A stretch of 64,000 bases of DNA from an uncultured delta proteobacterium (GTDB lineage Bacteria > Desulfobacterota > Desulfomonilia > Desulfomonilales > Desulfomonilaceae), in assembly GCA_963789265.1 (NCBI GenBank), contig CAWBKB010000001.1, forward strand, positions 128,001 through 192,000, given 5' to 3'. The number at the start of each line of letters is the position of its first letter. Within the stretch, counting starts at the first letter, position 1. Below, one piece after another: positions 23,042 through 32,677 of the stretch. A program made the translations under genes and the position numbers. The notes under the pieces were generated by a model that saw only the letters and a list, made by a program, of their open reading frames with translations, did not search any database and was not told the DNA's origin.

Positions 23042-24837
23042 CTATTTTGGGAACGATCTCAGCACCAAGCCCTTGGCACGCCAATCTCCTTTTGGTTTAC
23101 CCGAGGCCACGAGCTGCGACCAAAGCGTATCCAGGAATTGCTGCTGCTCGGATATGCCGGGATCTTGCATACTGCCGATGTCGTCTTTGTCCCAGAAATG
23201 GGTAAGTGCATCATACGGATGCGCCATCAGAAACGCAAAAATCATGTCCCGGCCAAATGGCTCCTGAACCGTAAAAGAATTGTCAGCTCCGATGACTATG
23301 GAGCGATTGGCTTCCAGCTTAAGCGGCCTTGATTGCGGCATTGGATAGAGAGGATGCAAGACGCCCACGGTGTCTACGCTGAAAATGTAGAGATAACCGG
23401 GGGTCTTTGTCTTGGCGTCCAGCAGGATCGTGTCCCCTTTCACCACTTCGCCTTGTGCTCTGGAAATGTTGCCTTTTATCTTGTAGTCAATATCGAAATC
23501 CGTCCTCGAAGCGGGATTTCGGAGTGCCGAAATACTCGCCTGAACGTACAGGGCTCTCAGATTTCCCACCAGGCCTCCCAGGGTCTCCTCAAGAGTCGAT
23601 CCTTGTTGGCTCTCCCAAACAGCTCCGGTGGAGTCGGAAATTTGCGCGAAGTACCGATGGTCTCGTTTCTCTATCACAACGAAAGCAGAGGCTTGTTCCC
23701 GCTTTTCCGTTAATTGGAGCCCCGGAATGTACCGATGAATCATGGAGCGAGTCTTCTCCATATCGGCCGGCGTGATCCCGCTTTCTGCTCTCAGCACATA
23801 GCCTATTCGTTGAGGCCTCTGGATCGACTCCTCGGCTTTAGCTACTCTGGTCTCCAAAGTCTCGTTCGCTATGTCTTTCGGCTGAAACTCGTATTGAGGG
23901 ACCTGGGGATAGCCGTCCCGTTTCACCGATTCCTGGAGGTACTTGGCCAAATTGGAGAAAGAGATCTTGCCGTCATGATTCAGATCAGCTTCTCCTTCCA
24001 GGCCGTGATAGAGGTACCACGTGAACACGCTATGCGGTCCCTTGGGATCTTTAGTAAAGGAAACGACTTGAGCAACTTGGGAATTCTCGCAAGCGGTGAA
24101 AGCAGCCAGTCGAATACCAAAAACCGTGAGATCCCCTCCAATGTAGGGCTTATTCGGTTCCAACGACTTGGGCTCGCTGAATCGCTTTTCCAGAATGCCC
24201 TTGAAGAAAGTAGGCTTCTGAAAGTTTTTGTTTTTCACGAGTCGGAAATTCAAGGCTTTGTACACGGACCCCGAATGGCACGAGTCACTTATGAAGATTA
24301 CCGACCTACCTTTAAGCTCACTGAGCAACTTATGAATTTCATCGCCAAGAAGAGCGTTGACTGTATCTTTTACATCGAATGCATGGCTGTTTCTGCCCTT
24401 AAAGGTTCTCTGAACCATGTCCTTGATGACGTTGCCATCATGAGGGATGAGGGCTTTTCCTTTTCCGTCCTGAATTTCGTGACCGTTCTCATCCCAGAAC
24501 CTGGATTCCGTGCCCGCTGAAATAGAACAAAGCGATATCTCCGGGGGCTGTCCCTTCGATAAGCCACTTATTGAAGCTTTTTACTATGTTCTCTTTGGTG
24601 GCCTCGGAATTGAGCAGGACCTTTACGTCCTTTTCTTGAAAGCCGCCCTTTGCGGTAAGGGCCTTCTTCAGGAGCCTTACATCATCCGAAACTCCTTCGA
24701 GATTCTGGTTCGGATCTCTGTATTGTTCCACCCCCACAAGAAGAGCCCTTTTTCGCGGCAAGGGCCGGGAGGGCGCAGGCGGCAAAAATCACCGCCAGGC
24801 CCATAAGAACAGCGATTGGATGGATGCTCGTTTTCAC
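23042..24837 (-). CDS. Secreted caspase-family (C14) protease with C-terminal DUF4384-like domain (two 1-bp indels)
   Basis: Three ORFs join: signal peptide, then KRALLVGVEQY...FYFSGHG, then SDSCHSG...GYLYIFSVD...LYP. Indels near 24750 and 24500. Confidence 0.85.
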
Positions 24838-24838
24838 G

Positions 24839-25822
24839 TTAACGACACCTTTCATCGCTACGATAGTCGGCCGGTCCAATGGTATCGCCGTTCAGGACTT
24901 CCACGCGACGGTTCAACAAACGTCCCAATCCCGTGGCATTGGAAGCAATCGGACGATTTTGGCCGAAACTTTCAGGTACCAGGCGACCGGGGCGCACATT
25001 CCATTTTTCGGCAAGATACTGAATCACACTCTTGGCACGCCGATAACCAAGGTGGCAATTCCTTTCCGAGGTGCCAATGCTGTCGGTGTGGCCGTCGACA
25101 TAAAACTTCTCCACATCAGCCAGTTGAGTGGAATTTAGCGCCATGCCAAGCTGGTCCAACTGGTCACGCGAACTCGGCGTAAGTTTGGCCGAACCGGTTT
25201 CAAAAAGTATGCTGTGAAAAACGACTCTGGACTCATTCTCTTCGTCACGATCGTATCTGCCGTGTCGCGAAGATTCACCGTGCTCATGACGCGGACGACG
25301 CCCAGCCCGGAGAGATTCGACAATGACATCTTTACTTATCAGATCCTTGCGCCCCTTTGACTCAGTAGAGGACGGAGTTTCCCTGACAAGATTTTGGTAC
25401 TCCTTCAGCGCCTTTTTGTCGTGGCAGAAGCTCAGTCCGGTCTCGTAATAAGCCCGCGCGAGGGCGGGTCGATTCCGCTTGGTCAGATCTCGCGCGGCCT
25501 TCAGAACCTTCGGGCAGGTTGATGCGGTACCAAACTCCACCGCTTTCTGATATTGAGCCAGGGCTTCGGAGAACTTTCGTTGAGAATACAACGCATCTGC
25601 CTTCTTAAGAGCGGATACCGGGTCCCCTTTTTCAGGACAGAGCCTGGAGGCCTTGTACAACAATTCCGCTTTGATTTCGGATGGCATTGCGTTAGAGCCG
25701 CGAACGTCTTTGCGTATGGACGCAGCTCTGTCGCAATCGGAAGCATAGGCTTCCACGCCTCCCGAGGCCGTCAGGACAACCATGACGACCAGAAATGCCG
25801 ATGCAAAGGCATGTAATCTCAT
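24839..25822 (-). CDS. Secreted TPR + OmpA-C domain protein B
   Basis: Signal peptide; ILFETGSA, VDGHTD, RA, NRRVE. Confidence 0.92.
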   Translation of the reverse strand: MRLHAFASAFLVVMVVLTASGGVEAYASDCDRAASIRKDVRGSNAMPSEIKAELLYKASRLCPEKGDPVSALKKADALYSQRKFSEALAQYQKAVEFGTASTCPKVLKAARDLTKRNRPALARAYYETGLSFCHDKKALKEYQNLVRETPSSTESKGRKDLISKDVIVESLRAGRRPRHEHGESSRHGRYDRDEENESRVVFHSILFETGSAKLTPSSRDQLDQLGMALNSTQLADVEKFYVDGHTDSIGTSERNCHLGYRRAKSVIQYLAEKWNVRPGRLVPESFGQNRPIASNATGLGRLLNRRVEVLNGDTIGPADYRSDERCR

Positions 25823-26907
25823 GGCACCACCTTAAAGGAGGTCTTTGCCCTCGTGTACACTTTCCGAGGAAGGTCGTTTAACTGGACATCAATATCTTTG
25901 TCTATCTTGTCGCCCTTTTCTTCCCACGGTTGATACACGTATTTGTCAAAGTCGTATGAGCCTCGATACAGTTGGAGCTTTTGTTTCGTGAAAACCGCCT
26001 TCACAACTTCCACCCCTTTGGGGCCCTTGACCCTGAAGCGAAACTCATCGTCTTTTACAGTAGGAATCGCGACGACTTCGCCGCCTTTGACAAAATTGTC
26101 GCGTTGGAACCGGTTCGGGAAAATGACCTGAACTTTGTCACTGGTACCATAGTCGATGAGATTCAGGTATCCATCTCGCTCGGCATAAAAGTATAGTGTT
26201 ACGGGTTCGCCGATCTGGAAAACCTTCCTTTCGGTCCACAGTTTCGCGATCGGTCTCTCCTTGTCCGATTCACGCGTTGATTCCTCTACGGCCTCTTCTG
26301 TGTCTTCTTCCGCTTCAGCCCGGCGTGATACGATGGTGAAGTGCGTCTCTGCCTCAGTCCAGCCCTTCTTGTCCTGCTTGGCCAGTTCCACGCCAATGTC
26401 CTTTATGGCCTTTTCCGGATTTTTCACTTCAAAGAAAGGTCCCTCAGATTCCAGGAGTGCTTCTTTCCGGAAGCATCTGTAAGGCTTCAGAGTAGCTATT
26501 GCCTTCACGTAATTGACTCCGGTCGGGCCCTTCACCCTGAACACGTAGTCCGAATCTTTCGCGGGGATGGTGTAAACGCGACCCTTCACCACTCTGTTGG
26601 ATTTGTGATGCTTGGTGGGAAAAATCACGTGAACCTTGCCGCTCGTACCGATATCCACTATGGTAACGTACGCGTCCCGATTGGAAGTGAACCGAAATGC
26701 AACTCGGTCCCCAATACCAAATTTCCCACTCTTCCTTGCCGGCTTGATTTTTACTTTGAAATCGGGGTTGTCGGAATGGATCTTGGAAGCCTCCTGGATC
26801 ACGATGTCCTTGGCTTCCTTTTCCGCCGCCAGTGCTGCGCCGCTCCAAAGCAGCAATGAAAACATGGCCATTGCGATAAACACTGTGGATTTAAAATTCC
26901 TGTTCAT
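25819..26907 (-). CDS. Secreted protein with two DUF4384-like domains
   Basis: Two copies of F.IG..V...F...RD.Y....D.GTS.KV.VIFP...F.V.GP.G...VKA. Confidence 0.85.
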   Translation of the reverse strand: MNRNFKSTVFIAMAMFSLLLWSGAALAAEKEAKDIVIQEASKIHSDNPDFKVKIKPARKSGKFGIGDRVAFRFTSNRDAYVTIVDIGTSGKVHVIFPTKHHKSNRVVKGRVYTIPAKDSDYVFRVKGPTGVNYVKAIATLKPYRCFRKEALLESEGPFFEVKNPEKAIKDIGVELAKQDKKGWTEAETHFTIVSRRAEAEEDTEEAVEESTRESDKERPIAKLWTERKVFQIGEPVTLYFYAERDGYLNLIDYGTSDKVQVIFPNRFQRDNFVKGGEVVAIPTVKDDEFRFRVKGPKGVEVVKAVFTKQKLQLYRGSYDFDKYVYQPWEEKGDKIDKDIDVQLNDLPRKVYTRAKTSFKVVP

Positions 26908-26925
26908 GGATGCCTCTCCTTTCGC

Positions 26926-28368
26926 TCAGAATTTGATATCACGGGCCAAGCCGTACTCGTCTGTGATTTGGGGTGTCTGATGCTCAACCAATGAAGAAGT
27001 CTCTTCCATCACGTTCTGGCGAGTCTTCTCAAAGGCGACCTGAAGATTCGGCGCACGATCTTTTATATTGGTTACAAGCCAGTAAGTGAACAATCCTGCG
27101 TGCTTAGCTTTATCCTCGTACGAGGATTCAGGTTTGGCGCACGCGGCCAGAAGCGACTCCTTCTCCGTCAATGTGTCGCCGTATGCAGCACGGGTTGTAC
27201 CACTGGCCACGAACTGGAGTTCCTTTTGTTTCTCACGATGAATCCTGTGGATTTCTGCCGGGCTGAGCAGCGGAAGATACTTTAAGACGAACCTTGAGGA
27301 AAGCTCTTTAGTAATGGAGCCGCTGTGGCAGGAATCTACGGAGATCAATTTTCGCCTTGCCGGGATCTTTTTCAATAAGTCGGCGAAATCGGTGCCGACA
27401 AAGAGTATGTTCTTCAGGTCAGGATCGCTCAGGCGAAGTCGCTTCTTACGGCTAAAGCAAACAAATGCCGCGGACAGACCATCAGGGTGCTTTACAGGCG
27501 GCACATCCGGAATCAGGGTCCCGTGTCCACTGAAATAGATGAGCACGAGATCTTCCGGTTGGGTCCTGGACGCAAGCCCCTTCAATGCCTCGACAAATCC
27601 TGCTCGCGTAGCCTGAGGGCCGATAAGGACTCGTGTGTTTCCCGCTGGAATGCTGAGCTTGTCGGCCATCAGCCGGGCAAATCCCTTGGCATCCTCGTCG
27701 CAGTAACGCAGCCCTAGAGTTGCGGCTCCCACGCTTACTAGGAACACATTCCGGCTGGTGATACTTCCGCCCTCAGGCACGTTCCCGATCACCAGTCTGG
27801 TTTCGGCTGTGCCCCATTTCACATTCTGTGAGAGGCCGTCCGTCCTACTTGCGGCTTCAACTACCAGATCCTTCAGATTCTTCTGATAAGACTTGAAGCC
27901 TCCACGGTACTCACCGAACTCGTCATCTCTCAAAATCGCGTTTTTCTTTGTGGTAGCGACGGCCACGATTCTCTCGATCCCCACCGGTCCGGAAACCCTG
28001 AACACAAATTTGTCTGAGGCGCCTGGGAAAGAGTGTCGCTTGTGCGCTTTGACAAAATTGTCGCTTCCCGAAAACTCATTTGGCCAAAGCCGCGTAATTT
28101 TCCCCGATGTCCCAACATCGATCAGGGTCAGGTAGCAATCCTTATCCGGTTCAAAGTGAACAGTAACCGTGTCGCCCGGTTTGATCTTCGTCTTATCGAC
28201 AGAGAGATTTACGTTAATTCTTGTCTTGCTTTTCCCGTTAGTCGGCACCACTTGTATGTCTTTGTTAAATGAAAACTCCTTGTCCTTGGCGCCGGCCTGT
28301 GCGAACGACATTAAAACGCACATCACCGCGGCCAAAACGGCCAAGAACATTTTGTCGATGCGAGCCAT
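26926..28368 (-). CDS. Secreted DUF4384-like + caspase-family protease
   Basis: Signal peptide; DCYLTLIDVGTSG..LWPN; YFSGHG and VDSCHSG. Confidence 0.88.
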   Translation of the reverse strand: MARIDKMFLAVLAAVMCVLMSFAQAGAKDKEFSFNKDIQVVPTNGKSKTRINVNLSVDKTKIKPGDTVTVHFEPDKDCYLTLIDVGTSGKITRLWPNEFSGSDNFVKAHKRHSFPGASDKFVFRVSGPVGIERIVAVATTKKNAILRDDEFGEYRGGFKSYQKNLKDLVVEAASRTDGLSQNVKWGTAETRLVIGNVPEGGSITSRNVFLVSVGAATLGLRYCDEDAKGFARLMADKLSIPAGNTRVLIGPQATRAGFVEALKGLASRTQPEDLVLIYFSGHGTLIPDVPPVKHPDGLSAAFVCFSRKKRLRLSDPDLKNILFVGTDFADLLKKIPARRKLISVDSCHSGSITKELSSRFVLKYLPLLSPAEIHRIHREKQKELQFVASGTTRAAYGDTLTEKESLLAACAKPESSYEDKAKHAGLFTYWLVTNIKDRAPNLQVAFEKTRQNVMEETSSLVEHQTPQITDEYGLARDIKF

Positions 28369-28383
28369 TCGCTGCCTCCCGGC

Positions 28384-28596
28384 CTATCGGCCTTTGTGCC
28401 AAAACCAATTTGACTCCGCTACTTCCAGTTGGGCTGGTTCAATAGCGTGACACAATTCCTCGGAAGACCTCGCCATTGCCGACAGTCTGCCGGAAATGGA
28501 GCTTGGTCTTGTTCTTCTTATTGCTGGTCTGTGAAACGCTCATCGGAATACTCACAACTCCCTTCGTTTTGCCTCTCATTTCCTCGTTATTGCCAT
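28384..28596 (-). pseudogene. Internally deleted relic of a caspase/DUF4384-type gene
   Basis: GAGGAGG RBS and ATG at 28596; ends AIEPAQLEVAESNWFWHKGR*, matching AIESAKLDVAHSVWFWHKGR* of the gene at 36892. Confidence 0.75.
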
Positions 28597-28617
28597 GCTT
28601 ACCTCCTCGTCGAAAAC

Positions 28618-28648
28618 ATTAGTGGCAACTCGTTCTCTTTGGTGACAG
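28618..28648 (-). promoter_or_regulatory. Putative ECF promoter CTGTCA-N19-ACTAAT
   Basis: Shared motif at the head of the 28.6-18.7 kb operon. Confidence 0.72.
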
Positions 28649-28809
28649 CACACACCCAAAAACCTCACGAAATTTTGGGGGTCCTGCTATTGCGCCGGAT
28701 ACAGCCCGACCACACGGCGCACTAAATTCTTGGAAGTATTGGGGGCTCCTGAACTGCAACTTAGTACACCTTTTCGCAAATACCGTGACGTTATGAACCC
28801 GGAACGGAA

Positions 28810-28885
28810 GAAGATTGCTTCGCTGCGCTCGCAATGACAGGTAGTGAGAATGTCATTGCGAGGAGTGAAACGACGAAGCAATCTC
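28810..28885. repeat. Inverted pair of GATTGCTTCG...CTCGCAATGAC elements
   Basis: AGATTGCTTCGCTGCGCTCGCAATGACA...TGTCATTGCGAG...CGAAGCAATCT. Confidence 0.75.
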
Positions 28886-29192
28886 CACCGCTACAATACG
28901 TGACCGAACTTGTGGAACATGGTACTTAGGAACGGCGATTCCCCGGTCCTCGTCAACTAATCACAACTCATGCTTTTATGTTTGTGTGTACTTCTTTCAC
29001 AAGCAGACAATCAATCGATGCTTGCGACTAACATGCCTGCCGGTCACACATGAAGGTGGCATTTTCCATTCTGTAAGATCTATCCCGTGGCGTGGCCAAG
29101 GGGTCAAGTGGGCACAAGCAACCTTTCGTCCTAATCCGGGTTGCAGGTTACTGAGGGTTCGGTTGTCTTCGGATAGTCCCATGTCAAAAGCA

Positions 29193-30909
29193 TCATCGTT
29201 TGGGTACTCGAATTATTGGATGAAGTTTGTCCAGATGGCCTTCAAGTATTCGGCCTTCCCATTCGACGTTGTTTACAGGGCCTTCTCTTCCTGAAGCAAT
29301 CTGATCGTTCCACGCTTCGAAGAACACCATTTCAATTCCCTTGGGTTTGAATTTCTGCTTTCTAATGGTGTAGCTCGTTTGAAATGGAGCGATAGCCCAC
29401 TGATAATAGTATACCTTTCCTGATCTTTCCTTTACCTGGAAAACGTCTACGGTCACAGCGGGCTTTCTGGCAAGTTCGAGCAAGTAAGCGCCGTGCGTCT
29501 TCCAGAATGCATCGTTAGTTGTGAGAGGCTGGGATTCACGAGCCAGCTTCGCCAGTCCTTCAAAGAGAGATCTCAAGTCTCTCACTTGTATTTGCTTCCC
29601 AAGTTTCTTCTGGGGCCTTACTAAGAACTCCGCGGCAGATTTCTGAAATGCGGCCGGACGATTTCGCCAGTGCGAGCAAATATTGCTCGGAACCAGGTTC
29701 CAGGTAAAGTTTCACCCCGTCCGGAATCTTCTTCTCCACAGGCACGCTTTTGCGCACAATCATCGAAACTTTGGCCATTAGGGCTGTTTGCTCGGCCAAT
29801 GAAGTGATAGACGCTGCAAAGAAATTCCGACGCATGAGATTCTTTTCCCAGCCTTTTCCTCCGAGCGATATCGCCCGGAGTACGGTTTGGTAGTAGTTGT
29901 CGCCCTTCGAAGAAACCCTTTCTCCTAAGCCCTTGACTTCCCGCCCGCCGGCTCGGGCTCCTTTCAACAGATTGTTGAACCGAAGCACCTCGGCTATTTT
30001 CTTCCTCGGCATGTCGTTGGAGATGAACTGGCGCTTCATCTCATCAATGACCGATTCGTGAAACGTTACACGTTCTCCAAAGGGTTGGATGCCCAGTCCT
30101 CTCTCGGGGTTGATTCGCGGCTGACCTTTTGCCTCGGCCCATTTCTGGACGATTTCTCTAGTTAGTTCCCCATTTTTTGCAATATCCGCTAGATCTGAAA
30201 ACGTGGGGACATCCGAAGGGCCGTTAATCTGAGAATAAAATGAGTGGACCAGCATCCATCCCTTGACTGAATCCTTGTTAGCGGGATCTGCAAAAATCTT
30301 CCGAACGGCAAGAGCGGTTTTAAAAGGGAAGAGCATGTACTTTGGAAATGGGAACGATTCCTTTTTGACCGCAACATTGACCGTTGTTTTGGCCAGATAC
30401 TGCATTGCGATAAAATATTTCTGTAAAGATTCGGTCTCCGTATAATGGCCCCTTGGTTTAAACATCGGATTGGATTTGACCTCCCCGGCCTGTTTAACTG
30501 CCTCCTGGGACAGCTCAAGCCCCGGATCTTTAGCCAGTATCACAAGAGGCACACTGAAAAGCCTTCGGGTGTTTTCGTCAGTGGCTGCGTTGGCCAGGCT
30601 CCGAAGTGCGTGCTCCAAAACGGGGATGAGCACAGCCTCTTCGAGGAGCTTCTGGTTCTCTTGAGCATGCCCCTTCATCACCTGAAATAGGTAGGAATTG
30701 CTCAAAACCACCGGGCGTCCGCGGATGAGTTCCTGTTTCACCCAGTCTTTTTCGGTTGGACTCACTTCGGAAACAAGTCTCGGATTTAATGGTTTCCCGG
30801 AATCTCGAGCGCCGGCCTTTGGAGCACGCCCCTCGACACCCGCAATCATTATCAACGATACCAGGAGGGCCGTAACACATCCAACAAAGTGTTTCATCCC
30901 AGCGCTCAT
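29193..30909 (-). CDS. Secreted DUF3160-like protein (1-bp indel near 29604)
   Basis: Signal peptide; FKPRGHYTETESLQKYFIAMQYL, QPFGER, YLEP, PAVTVDV. The two ORFs join if one T is removed. Confidence 0.65.
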
Positions 30910-31120
30910 TGTCGCCTCCCCAGGAAGTGAAAGTCTTTTCCGGCAATGTCCGGACGAATCTCATAAGAATGATTTGGCTTCAAATGATCTGATTCATCTG
31001 CACCGACGCGTCCCGTCAACCGGGACAACGGGAATGAGGAGAGAATTCCTAAAATCAATTTCTTAAGATACATCTGAATTTCAACTCCCCTGTGTCAGGT
31101 CAACCATCTTCGTCAAAGAA

Positions 31121-31151
31121 CTTAGTAGGCAATTCGTCTTTCCGGTGACAA
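31121..31151 (-). promoter_or_regulatory. Putative ECF promoter TTGTCA-N19-ACTAAG
   Basis: Shared motif upstream of the DUF3160-like gene. Confidence 0.68.
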
Positions 31152-31313
31152 AGTCGCTCCATTTTTCGTACCACGGAGGAGACCCGCCCCCTTGTCCCCC
31201 CATTTTCATCCTTTGAAACGAAATTACGCAATCAGGTCATTGAGGTCAATGAATTTAAGCTGATGGTCTCGAAACCGAAGACAATTTACGCTGAAAAAGA
31301 ATAGGGCCTCACT

Positions 31314-31344
31314 CTGTCATTTTTTACCACGACCGGCGACATTA
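31314..31344 (+). promoter_or_regulatory. Weak match CTGTCA-N19-ACATTA
   Basis: Variant of the shared motif upstream of the ankyrin gene. Confidence 0.4.
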
Positions 31345-31410
31345 TAACTTGAAAATGTTTCCCAACAAATCCAAAATTGGATCAGGAGCCAATTGCGAGG
31401 GAGCGTTTCC

Positions 31411-31995
31411 ATGCATAAGCGTTATTTGCACCGCGGTGGTTTTGTAAGATTTTTCCAAAGCTTGAGCCTCATTTTCATCCTGGTTGCGGGCCTCGGCGCG
31501 CTTCATGCGGAGGACAAGAACTCAGCCTTAATAGAGGCCGCGTCGGATGGTCAAACCGAGAAAATCCAAGCTCTTTTGACCCAAGGAACGGATACCAACG
31601 CGCGGGATCAGTATGGTAACACCGCGCTGATGCAAGCTTGCTGGTACGGTCGAGTCGAAGCGGTGAGACTTCTCCTTGGAAAAAAGGTCGATGTCAACGC
31701 CACGAACGCCAGGGGCAGGACCGCCCTGATGTGGGCTTCCCGTAACGGCCCAAGTGAATCGGTTCGACTGCTGCTGGATCACGGAGCAGATGTTAACGCC
31801 AAGGACGCGGACGGCTCCACTGCCTTGATCTGGGCTGCCGGTGAATGGAATGCGGAGATCGTCAAATTGCTCCTTGCTAAAGGCGCGGATGTCAATGTCA
31901 AAGACAAGCAAGGGAGGACAGCCATACAGCTTGCAGCAGCAGCGGGCCACACTAAGACTGTCGAGCTGCTCAAAGCACGCGGTGCGAAGGAGTAG
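31411..31995 (+). CDS. Secreted ankyrin-repeat protein
   Basis: Hydrophobic leader; GNTALM, GRTALM, GSTALI, GRTAIQ repeats. Confidence 0.92.
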   Translation: MHKRYLHRGGFVRFFQSLSLIFILVAGLGALHAEDKNSALIEAASDGQTEKIQALLTQGTDTNARDQYGNTALMQACWYGRVEAVRLLLGKKVDVNATNARGRTALMWASRNGPSESVRLLLDHGADVNAKDADGSTALIWAAGEWNAEIVKLLLAKGADVNVKDKQGRTAIQLAAAAGHTKTVELLKARGAKE

Positions 31996-32080
31996 ATAAA
32001 GACCCGCCGGAAAATGTGACTCGTGCGCATTTTTGATATCAATTCGCGTAGCTAGAAAGCTACAACAAAACATGAAAACG

Positions 32081-32665
32081 TCAGTAGGACCGGCATCTTG
32101 CCGGTCGGTAACAAGGCGTTTTCATAGGAATTCGCGTTCGAAGTCGAAATGAAATCCCCTCTAATCCTCCTTTATAAAGGGGGGAAGGGGGGATAGGCGC
32201 TGAAATAGGCTCCAAGTCCTCTTCGTCCCGGAGGGACATCCTGATATTAGCCCGGCGATTTATCGCCGGGAATGAACCGCCGGGAGACTTTTCTTCGTCC
32301 CCGAGCGGCGCTTGAAGAAAAAGTTCGCGGCACAAGATGCAAAGATGCCGGTAGGATGCTGGTGAGCCCGCGCTCTGCGCGGGAGAACCGCATCAATCGA
32401 GAAAAAACGCAAACGATGCGGTTCGTCCCGCGTGCCGTGGGACTCACCAGCATCCTACGCCGATACTCCATTATGATTTCTTGACCACAGAGACACCGTG
32501 TTCCTGGTAGGGGCGGACCCGTGTGTCCGCCTGGGGCAGACACATGGGTCTGCCCCTACAATTGGTTCCCCTGTATGGGGGCATGACGGCATGTACGGCG
32601 TGGGTTTCAAACCCGCGCCGTACCGTCACGATTTTCTCCGTGCTTCTCCGTGTCTCTGTGGTTAA
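32081..32665. repeat. Large mosaic of REP-like palindromes
   Basis: GTAGGACCGGCATCTTGCCGGTC; GCCCGGCGATTTATCGCCGGG; GTAGGATGCTGGTGAG...CTCACCAGCATCCTAC; GTAGGGGCGGACCC...GGGTCTGCCCCTAC nested inside ACCACAGAGACAC...GTGTCTCTGTGGT. Confidence 0.75.
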
Positions 32666-32677
32666 TTCTTCTTTCTG

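Noticed and set aside
28424..28453. GTGTCA-N18-ACT as another promoter copy
   Set aside because: Wrong spacing, and it lies within relic coding sequence.
29745..29790. TALMAKVSMIVRKS as a Met cleavage site
   Set aside because: It probably corresponds to a conserved structural segment of the DUF3160-like family, so it is not counted as evidence.
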